The notes beneath the pieces were generated by a model that ran no database searches, had not been told where the DNA came from, and saw only the letters and a list, made by a program, of their open reading frames with translations. 23,087 nucleotides of DNA, taken from Octopus vulgaris. Lineage: Eukaryota. The first letter of the stretch is position 1, and every line of letters starts with the position of its first letter. A program made the translations under genes and the position numbers. Shown piece after piece: positions 1 through 10,158 of this stretch. The stretch is from the NCBI GenBank assembly GCA_951406725.2, contig CATOCA020000041.1, positions 1 through 23,087 on the forward strand. The letters run 5' to 3'.

Positions 1-53
1 TCGAACCGTCCAACCAGTGCTAGCACGGAAAACGGACGTTAAACGATGATGAT
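1..53 (+). mobile_element. 3' end of a (GAT)n-tailed retroposon (LINE or SINE 3' terminus), cut by the window edge
   Basis: CGTCC...GGACG outer stem around the palindrome GTGCTAGCAC, then TTAAAC(GAT)3 running into TA repeat. A homologous copy lies on the - strand at 22797-22860. A stem-loop plus simple-repeat tail is typical of LINE/SINE 3' ends; family not assigned. Confidence 0.65.
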
Positions 54-473
54 ATACATACATATATATATATATACATATGTCTATATGCATACATATA
101 TATATATACATATATATATATACATGTCTATATGCATACATATATATATATACATGTCTATATGCATACATATATATATATACATATATATATATACATA
201 TGTCTATATGCATACATATATATATATACATATATATATATACATATGTCTATATGCATACATATATATATATATACATATATATATATACATATGTCTA
301 TATGCATACATATATATATATATATATGTCTATATGCATACATATATATATATACATATATATATACATATGTCTATATGCATACATATATATATATACA
401 TATATATATACATATGTCTATATGCATACATATATATATATACATATATATATACATATGTCTATATGCATAC

Positions 474-505
<32 letters not shown>

Positions 506-795
506 GTCTATATGCATACATATATATATATACATATATATATACATATATATATATACATATGTCTATATGCATACATATATATATATATACATATATA
601 TATACATATATATATACATATGTCTATATGCATACATATATAGATATACATATGTCTATATGCATACATATATATATATACATATATCTATATGCATACA
701 TATATATATATACATATATCTATATGCATACATATATATATATACATATATATATATGCATACATATATATATATACATATATATATATGCATAC

Positions 796-833
<38 letters not shown>

Positions 834-947
834 GCATACATATATATATATACATATATCTATATGCATACATATATATATATATACATATATATATATA
901 CATATATATATATGCATATATATATATGCATATATATATATGCATAC

Positions 948-978
<31 letters not shown>

Positions 979-1869
979 CATATATATACATATATATATA
1001 CATATATATACATATATATATATACATATATATACATATATATACATATATATACATATATATACATATATATATACATATATATACATATATATATATA
1101 CATATATATATACATATATATACATATATATATATACATATATATATACATATATATATACATATATATATACATATATATGTATACATATATATACATA
1201 TATATATATACATATATATATACATATATATATACATATATATGTATACATATATATACATATATATGTATACATATATATACATATATATATACATATA
1301 TATACATATATATATACATATATATATACATATATATATACATATATATATATACATATATATATACATATATATATACATATATATACATATATATATA
1401 TACATATATATGTATACATATATATATATACATATATATGTATACATATATATATATACATATATATATACATATATATGTATACATATATATATATACA
1501 TATATATGTATACATATATATACATATATATATATACATATATATATACATATATATGTATACATATATATATACATATATATATATACATATATATATA
1601 CATATATATACATATATATATACATATATATGTATACATATATATATATATATATATACATATATATGTATACATATATATACATATATATATATACATA
1701 TATATATACATATATATACATATATATATATACATATATATATACATATATATACATATATATATACATATATATACATATATATATATACATATATATA
1801 CATATATATACATATATATATATACATATATATACATATATATACATATATATATATACATATATATAC

Positions 1870-1920
<51 letters not shown>

Positions 1921-2663
1921 TATACATATATATATATACATATATATACATATATATATATACATATATATATATATACATATATATACATACATATATA
2001 TACATATATATACATATATATATATATACATATATATACATATATATATATACATATATATACATATATATATATATACATATATACAATATATATATAT
2101 AATATATATACATATATATACATATATATATATACATATATATACATATATATATACATATATATACATATACATATATATACATATATATACATATACA
2201 TATATATACATATATATACATATACATATATATACATATATATACATATATATATATATATATACATATATATATACACATATATATACATATATATATA
2301 CATATATATATATACATATATATATATACATATATATATACATATATATATATACATATATATATACATATATATATATACATATATATATATACATATA
2401 TACATATATATATATACATATATATATATACATATATACATATATACATATATATATACATATATACATATATATATATACATATATATATATATACATA
2501 TATATATATACATATATATACATATATATATATACATATATACATATATATATACATATATATATATACATATATACATATATATATACATATATATATA
2601 TACATATATACATATATATATACATATATATATATATACATATATATATACATATATATATAC

Positions 2664-2696
<33 letters not shown>

Positions 2697-2815
2697 CATA
2701 TATACATATATATATACATATATATATATACATATATACATATATATATACATATATATATACATATATATATACACATATATATATACATATATATATA
2801 TACATATATATATAC

Positions 2816-2852
<37 letters not shown>

Positions 2853-3109
2853 CATATATATATACATATATATATACATATATACATATATACATATATA
2901 TATATACATATATATATATACATATATATATATACATATATATATATACATATATATATATATACATATATATATATACATATATATATACATATATATA
3001 TACATATATATATACATATATATATATACATATATATATATATACATATATATATATACATATATATATATATACATATATATACATATATATATACATA
3101 TATATATAC

Positions 3110-3140
<31 letters not shown>

Positions 3141-3268
3141 CATATACATATGTATATATACATATGTATATATACATATATATATATACATATATATATA
3201 CATACATATGTATATATACATATATATATATACATATATATATACATACATACGTATACATACATACG

Positions 3269-3354
<86 letters not shown>

Positions 3355-3408
3355 CATATACATACATACATATATATACATACATATATACATACATATA
3401 TATAAATA

Positions 3409-3454
<46 letters not shown>

Positions 3455-3724
3455 CGTATATATACATACATATATATATACATACGTATATATACATACA
3501 TATATATATACATACGTATATATACATACATATATATATACATACGTATATATACATACATATATATATATATATACATATATACATACATATATATATA
3601 TACATACATATATATATATATACATACATATATATATATACATATATACATACATATATATATACATATATACATACATATATATATACATATATACATA
3701 CATATATATATATATATACATATA

Positions 3725-3772
<48 letters not shown>

Positions 3773-3845
3773 TACATACATATATATATATATATATACA
3801 TACATATATATATATATATACATATATACATACATATATATATAT

Positions 3846-3876
<31 letters not shown>

Positions 3877-4011
3877 TACATACATATATATATATATACA
3901 TATATACATACATATATATATATACATATATACATACATATATATATATACATATATACATACATATATATATATACATATATACATACATATATATATA
4001 TACATATATAC

Positions 4012-4046
<35 letters not shown>

Positions 4047-4375
4047 CATATATACATACATATATATATATATATACATATATACATACATATATATATA
4101 TATACATATATACATACATATATATATATACATATATACATACATATATATATATATATACATATATACATACATATATATATATATATACATATATACA
4201 TACATATATATATATATACATATATACATACATATATATATATATATACATATATACATACATATATATATATATACATATATACATACATATATATATA
4301 TATACATATATACATACATATATATACATATATACATACATATATATACATATATACATACATATATATACATAT

Positions 4376-4418
<43 letters not shown>

Positions 4419-4453
4419 TACATATATACATACATATATATATATATACATAT

Positions 4454-4500
<47 letters not shown>

Positions 4501-4507
4501 TACATAT

Positions 4508-4546
<39 letters not shown>

Positions 4547-4553
4547 TACATAT

Positions 4554-4594
<41 letters not shown>

Positions 4595-4608
4595 TACATA
4601 CATATATA
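54..4608. repeat. Interrupted (TA)n / (TACATA..)n microsatellite field, block 1
   Basis: Direct reading: alternating TA with CA interruptions. Local sub-domains carry TATGTCTATATGCATAC (~75-870), TATGTATACA (~1180-1670) and CATACGTATA (~3250-3550). Confidence 0.98.
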
Positions 4609-4865
4609 CATTGTTGGATTAAGTATCAATTTCATCTATTTCATATTTTATTTATTATTCTATTTTATCTTTCACTTAGGCCCACATCTTAGTTAAAGTT
4701 GCGATCGTCATTTGGTTTGTTTACATTTTCAATAACTGTTCTCGATATAATAATATTCCAGATACTCTATCTTCTAATTAGCCTTAAGATTAAATTAAAT
4801 AACGTTTAATATTGATACCGTCAAATTAGCCTTAGGATTAAATTAAATAACGTTTAATATAGTTT
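4609..4865 (+). repeat. 257-bp direct duplication, copy 1 (duplicate of 4978-5234)
   Basis: CATTGTTGGATTAAG...AATATAGTTT recurs at offset +369; one mismatch seen (TAATATTCCAG vs TAATTTTCCAG). Confidence 0.95.
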
Positions 4866-6240
4866 TGCGAAACGCACATGGTGCAAAAATAACTGAATCA
4901 AGTTATCTCCTGCAAGAAAGAAAAAAGAAGCATCTCTCCCGAAAAAATCCCGTAAACCAAAAAAATTATCCAGACCACATTGTTGGATTAAGTATCAATT
5001 TCATCTATTTCATATTTTATTTATTATTCTATTTTATCTTTCACTTAGGCCCACATCTTAGTTAAAGTTGCGATCGTCATTTGGTTTGTTTACATTTTCA
5101 ATAACTGTTCTCGATATAATAATTTTCCAGATACTCTATCTTCTAATTAGCCTTAAGATTAAATTAAATAACGTTTAATATTGATACCGTCAAATTAGCC
5201 TTAGGATTAAATTAAATAACGTTTAATATAGTTTAATATTGTTAATAATTATTGTTAATTAGCCTTAAGATTAAATTAAATAACGTTTAATATTGTTAAT
5301 AATTTTTCAGATACTCTATCTTCTAATTAGCCTTAAGATTAAATTAAATAACGTTTAATATTAATAACGTCTAATTAGCCTTAGGATTAAATTAAATAAC
5401 GTTTAATATTGTTAATAATTATTGTTAATTAGCCTTAGGATTAAATTAAATAACGTTTAATATTGTTTAATATTGTTAATAATTATTGTTAATTAGCCTT
5501 AGGATTAAATTAAATAACGTTTAATATTGTTTAATATTGTTAATAATTATTGTTAATTAGCCTTAAGATTAAATTAAATAACGTTTAATATTGTTTTAAT
5601 ATTGTTAATACTTCTTCAGATACTCTATCTTCTAATTAGCCTTAAGATTAAATTAAATAACGTTTAATATTACCCACACTCTAATATAATATTAACATTG
5701 CTAATATATTTTCAGATACTCTATCTCCTGATTAGCCTTAAGATTAAATAACGTTTTTATCCACACTCTAATATAATATTAATATTGCTAATATATTTTC
5801 AGATACTCTATCTTCTAATTAGCCTTAAGATTAAATTAAATAACGTTTAATATTAATAACGTCTAATTAGCCTTAAGATTAAATTAAATAACGGTTAATA
5901 TTTCTTAATATTGTATATATAATTTTTCAGATACTCTGTCTTCTAATTAGCCTTAAGATTAAATTAAATAACGTTTAATATTACCCACACTCTAATATAA
6001 TATTAATATTGCTAATATATTTTCAGATACTCTATCTCCAAATTAGCCTTAAGATTAAATAACGTTTTTTTACCCACACTCTAATATAATATTAATATTG
6101 CTAATATATTTTCAGATACTCTATCTCCTAATTAGCCTTAAGATTAAATAACGTTTTTACCCAAATAACGTTTTTACACAAACTTTAATATTGTTAATAT
6201 TTCTTTTTCAAGTACTCTATCTTCTAATTAGCCTTAATAT
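4755..6240 (+). repeat. Modular tandem-repeat array in the LINE 5' UTR (candidate internal promoter/monomer array)
   Basis: Core ATTAGCCTTA(A/G)GATTAAA(TTAAA)TAACGTTT counted 18 times by eye (last copy partial), mixed with modules TTTTCAGATACTCTATCTTCTA, GTTAATAATTATTGTTA and ACCCACACTCTAATATAATATTAATATTGCTAATATA. Promoter role is inference. Confidence 0.85.
4978..5234 (+). repeat. 257-bp direct duplication, copy 2
   Basis: Near-identical to 4609-4865; separated from it by a unique 112-bp segment (4866-4977). Confidence 0.95.
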
Positions 6241-6298
6241 CTTCCTGTCTTCTCTCGAACATAATTAGATAGATAAACGGATAGACGGATTATCCAGC

Positions 6299-7210
6299 AT
6301 GTCCAGAGCATGGAGACGTGACGAGCTGGATTTATTCGTACGAGCATGGGAGTGCGCCGGCGGAGATAGCCCTAGCGAGGTGATTGCGGCTGCGCTGAAG
6401 AGCAGAGGCTACAAGAGGACAGCGGCTCAGATGGAGCGAAAGAGACAGGAATTCGTGCGCTCATATGCGCTTGTACGGTCGCACATTGGCGCACTTGATG
6501 CCATCTTTGAGAACGAGCGGGGCAAAGATGGCAAGAATGGAGACGATGAAAGAAGTCACCCCCACCTGGTGGACGCCCAGGAGGAGGTTTTGAATGAGAA
6601 ACCTGCCCGGGAAGTGAACCCAGGTGCAAGTTCTCCAACCGGCAGCAAGGGCCATGGAGACGGAGAACCCGGTGAAGAGGTAGAGGGAGGAAGAAGAACT
6701 AAAAGAAGGACTGGAAGAGCTAAAGGAAAAGAAAAAGCTCAAGCAGGACCAAAGAGTGAAACAACCAGGAGTAGAAGTGGAACCGCAAAGGATGGAACCA
6801 AACAGTGCACACGGGTGTGTATGTTCTACCTGAGAGGTTCCTGTTGGCACGGAAAGGAAGGTGCAGGCTGCCGCTTTGCACATCGGGGACCCTGCCACAG
6901 AGACACGAGGCAGATGGACAAACCATCAACACAAAGAAAAGGGATGGACTACGCACCACCTGCCCCAAAGCGGAGGTACGCAGATGTTGTGCGCGCCACA
7001 AACAGCCAACATGATGTTGTCGAAAGAGCAGCTGCTGAGCAACAATCTTTTTTGTGCATGGCACAAAAGATTGTACAGCAGCTGACCTGGCTTCATCAAA
7101 CCCAAGCCCGCAGGTGGGACTACCCACTATATACCAGACCACCACAGCAAACAGACACAGGATGGACACCGCCGGCAACAACGTACACCTCACCTCGATA
7201 CTCCTACTGA
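6299..7210 (+). CDS. LINE ORF1 protein (303 aa): N-terminal Myb/SANT-like domain, charged/basic linker, CCCH zinc finger
   Basis: ATG start right after the AT-rich UTR, with a sharp rise in GC. N-terminus W-x3-E-x3-FVxAW...EVIAAALKSRGYKRTAAQMERKRQEFVRSY...LDAIF. C-x7-C-x8-C-x3-H at aa 174-195 (6818-6883). Basic RRTKRRTGRAKGKEK stretch. Lies directly upstream of and overlapping ORF2. Confidence 0.88.
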   Translation: MSRAWRRDELDLFVRAWECAGGDSPSEVIAAALKSRGYKRTAAQMERKRQEFVRSYALVRSHIGALDAIFENERGKDGKNGDDERSHPHLVDAQEEVLNEKPAREVNPGASSPTGSKGHGDGEPGEEVEGGRRTKRRTGRAKGKEKAQAGPKSETTRSRSGTAKDGTKQCTRVCMFYLRGSCWHGKEGAGCRFAHRGPCHRDTRQMDKPSTQRKGMDYAPPAPKRRYADVVRATNSQHDVVERAAAEQQSFLCMAQKIVQQLTWLHQTQARRWDYPLYTRPPQQTDTGWTPPATTYTSPRYSY

Positions 7211-10158
7211 ACATCAGAGGACTGCAAACACTCAGTAACAGGACAAAGATCCCGTTCCTGAGAGACTTTGTTGCATGCAATCAAGCCTTATGCATAGCAC
7301 TTACAGAAACGCACCTGAAACCGGACATAGCAGATGCGGAGTTACACATACCACAGTATGCTGTACTACGGACCGACAGGAAAGAAAGGAGTCATGGAGG
7401 TGTTGCTATGTACATCCGTGAGGACCTCACACCCCAGGTCCTCTTGTCATACTCAAACTCGGTGTGTGACACACTAATTGTACATATTAGGCAACTTGAT
7501 GTAGTTGTGTGTGCTACATATCGCCCTCCAGATGCCCCAAGCCATGTGGGCAAGTTCGAAGACTGCCTTATAAAAATAGAAGAAATTCTAACCACATTAG
7601 AACAACACATAGGTGTGCTTCTTATGGGAGACTTCAATCTGCCCAATGTCAGATGGCCCGAGGGCCTTTCTCTCCCAGGAATGACAAGATGTGAACGAGG
7701 ACAGGCGAGGTCCCTCCTGAACCTCATCAACACCCTGTACATGGAGCAGGTAATACTCCAACCAACCAGGGCAGGTAACACACTGGATCTCTGCTTCACA
7801 AATGACATGGATCTCATCCATAATGTGAAAGTGACACCGACACTACTCTCGGATCACAACATGATAGAGCTGACCATGTACGGGCCAAAAGAGAGCACGG
7901 ACATGCAGCCTACAAGAAACCCTCAAAATCTTTCCAGCTTGAACTACCATAAGGCAAACTGGAAACAAATTGAGAAAGAGATCCTCAAACAAAACTGGCC
8001 TGAATGTCTCTCCTCGCCAGACATCGACGTGAAACTTCAACAATTCATGTCTGTAATGCAAGCCATATGCTACAAATGTGTCCCAGAGAGAAAGGCCACT
8101 GTACACAAGAACAAAATCCCCAGAGAGAGGAAAATTTTAATGAGACGGCGTACGAAATTTTCAAATCGCCTAAACAAACAGATTGAAAGCAGTGAAAAGT
8201 CCCGCCTAAAAATAAAACTGTTGGAAATCGAAAAATGTCTGCAACTCTCCCATGAAAAAGAAAGAGCAGACAAAGAAGCCTGGGCTATAGAAAACATAAA
8301 ATCTAACCCCAGAGCTTTCTACAGGTATGCCAAAGAAACAGCTACAGTGCACTGTAGAATAGGGCCACTCCTTGAAAAGGATGGCACACTTACAGGAAAA
8401 CCAATGAGGGTAAGTGAAATACTGAATGAGCAATTCAAGAGTGTTTTCACTCCACCCCTTGGGCATCTCCAAATCACCAATCCAACTGACTTTTTTACCA
8501 CTGCAGATATAAAATCAGAGGCGGCGACGATAGATTACATCGATATAAAGGAAGACGATGTAACGAAGGCTATAGATGAAATGAAAACAGACTCAGCTAC
8601 TGGCCCCGATGGATTCCCGGCAATCCTCCTAAAAGCATGTAAGAGAGTCCTAGCAAGACCACTGCAGTTCCTCTTTCAGAGCTTCCTTGCAGCTGGCAAA
8701 CTTCCAGGAAAACTGAAGGAAGGTAAAATATGCCCCATTCATAAAGGAGGTAGCAGAGCGGAAGCCAAGAACTATAGACCTATCTCTCTGACCTCACACA
8801 TCAGCAAGGTCATGGAACGAATAGTCAGAAGGAAGCTGATCACCTTCCTTGAAGAGAATGACTTGCTGCCCGACACCCAACATGGTTTCCGACCAGGGAG
8901 AAGCTGTTTAACTCAGCTCCTACAACACTATGACTGGGTGCTGAAACGGCTGCTCAACCACTCAAATGTGGAAGTGATATATCTCGACTTTGCAAAGGCC
9001 TTTGATAAAGTCGATCATGGAATGATATGTCACAAACTGCGTGATCTCAACATAGTTGGAAAACTGGGAGAATGGCTTCATGACTTTCTGAAGGATAGAA
9101 GTCAGGTGGTAGTAGCCAATGGGGCCACCTCCATTAACACACAAATAGTGAGCGGTGTTCCGCAGGGCACTGTTCTGGGACCACTACTGTTCATAATGGC
9201 CCTCTCAGACATGCCCTCAGCCACGCAGAGAGCCACGATCACAAGTTATGCAGATGATACAAAAGTTTCACAGGCAATACAGAACCCTGAGGACACTAAA
9301 CACCTGCAATGGGAGCTGGACGAAATATACAAGTGGGCTGAAAAGAATAGCATGCAGTTCAATGCTGGAAAGTTTCAAGCTTTATACTATCAGCATGCAA
9401 AACTGAATGCAATACCCAATGAATACACTGGACCCGGAGGGATTGCAATCCCAGAGGCACAATCAGTGCGTGACCTGGGTATTCACATGAGTGATGACGC
9501 GACCTTTCATGTACATGTTGCTAAACTGACAATGAAATGTAGACGGCTGGCTGGATGGATTCTTAGAACCTTTAGAACAAGAGAACAAGAAACCATGATG
9601 GTCCTCTGGAAGACACTTGTCCTAAGCCACTTTGACTATTGCTCTCAGCTATGGTCACCATCCAGTGTCAAGTTGATCACAGAACTTGAGGCGATCCAAC
9701 GAAGCTACACAAAGAAGATAGCCTCTATGCAGAATGTAAGCTACTGGGAAAGACTCAAGAGATTAAAATTATATTCCCTGGAGCGTAGGCGGGAAAGATA
9801 TGCCATAATATACATCTGGAAGATCCTGGAGGGAAGTGTCCTGAACTTTGGCATTGAGAGTTACGCAAATGCCAGAACTGGGCGCCACTGCGTGGTGCCT
9901 AGGACTCCAAACCTGCCATCAAGATGTAGGACAAGATTCTGTGATAGCCTGGGCTTCCGAGGCCCACAGCTCTTCAATATCCTCCCGAAGTACCTGAGAG
10001 ACCTGCATGGGGTGGATACAGATGTCTTTAAAATGAAGCTGGATCTCTTCCTGTCAGGTGTCCCAGATGAACCAACTTCACGGCAGGAGGGGCAGATGAG
10101 GGCAGCTGCATCGAACTCTCTCATGCACCAAATAGCAGTTGCTAGAAAGCCTCCATGA
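7162..10158 (+). CDS. LINE ORF2 polyprotein: APE (EEP-fold) endonuclease + reverse transcriptase, 998 aa from first ATG (frame is open from 7039; the track's 7054 start is a GTG)
   Basis: APE motifs LLNIRGL, ALTETHL, GGVAMY, TYRPP, MGDFN, LDL, SDH. RT motifs GPDG, NYRPISLTS, QHGFRPGRSCLTQL, YLDFAKAFDKVDH, SGVPQGTVLGPLLF, YADD, RDLG. CR1-like C-terminus LYSLERRRER...FKMKLD. No stops or frameshifts. Confidence 0.97.
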   Translation: MDTAGNNVHLTSILLLNIRGLQTLSNRTKIPFLRDFVACNQALCIALTETHLKPDIADAELHIPQYAVLRTDRKERSHGGVAMYIREDLTPQVLLSYSNSVCDTLIVHIRQLDVVVCATYRPPDAPSHVGKFEDCLIKIEEILTTLEQHIGVLLMGDFNLPNVRWPEGLSLPGMTRCERGQARSLLNLINTLYMEQVILQPTRAGNTLDLCFTNDMDLIHNVKVTPTLLSDHNMIELTMYGPKESTDMQPTRNPQNLSSLNYHKANWKQIEKEILKQNWPECLSSPDIDVKLQQFMSVMQAICYKCVPERKATVHKNKIPRERKILMRRRTKFSNRLNKQIESSEKSRLKIKLLEIEKCLQLSHEKERADKEAWAIENIKSNPRAFYRYAKETATVHCRIGPLLEKDGTLTGKPMRVSEILNEQFKSVFTPPLGHLQITNPTDFFTTADIKSEAATIDYIDIKEDDVTKAIDEMKTDSATGPDGFPAILLKACKRVLARPLQFLFQSFLAAGKLPGKLKEGKICPIHKGGSRAEAKNYRPISLTSHISKVMERIVRRKLITFLEENDLLPDTQHGFRPGRSCLTQLLQHYDWVLKRLLNHSNVEVIYLDFAKAFDKVDHGMICHKLRDLNIVGKLGEWLHDFLKDRSQVVVANGATSINTQIVSGVPQGTVLGPLLFIMALSDMPSATQRATITSYADDTKVSQAIQNPEDTKHLQWELDEIYKWAEKNSMQFNAGKFQALYYQHAKLNAIPNEYTGPGGIAIPEAQSVRDLGIHMSDDATFHVHVAKLTMKCRRLAGWILRTFRTREQETMMVLWKTLVLSHFDYCSQLWSPSSVKLITELEAIQRSYTKKIASMQNVSYWERLKRLKLYSLERRRERYAIIYIWKILEGSVLNFGIESYANARTGRHCVVPRTPNLPSRCRTRFCDSLGFRGPQLFNILPKYLRDLHGVDTDVFKMKLDLFLSGVPDEPTSRQEGQMRAAASNSLMHQIAVARKPP

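Noticed and set aside
46-4696. Very long ORFs (up to 1334 aa) on both strands rich in Y/I/H/T or Y/I/M/C/V; the same applies to 11217-15010 and 15774-23076
   Set aside because: TA/CA alternating repeats contain no stop codons in any frame, so these are microsatellite translation artefacts with no domain content.
4865-5065. 66-aa ORF in the LINE 5' region
   Set aside because: It starts at TTG, not ATG, is low-complexity, overlaps the duplicated block and has no recognisable motif.
4755-6240. CRISPR-like appearance (repeated ~35-bp core with intervening sequence)
   Set aside because: The intervening segments are themselves repeated modules of variable length, not unique spacers; there are no cas genes and the context is a eukaryotic LINE.
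7162-10158. Bacterial RT system (group II intron, retron, DGR) or telomerase-like array synthesis
   Set aside because: An N-terminal APE domain, an ORF1, 5' truncations and a simple-repeat tail identify a eukaryotic LINE; its (AATC)n tail does not match the TA/TACA array, so nothing indicates that the RT templated the satellite.
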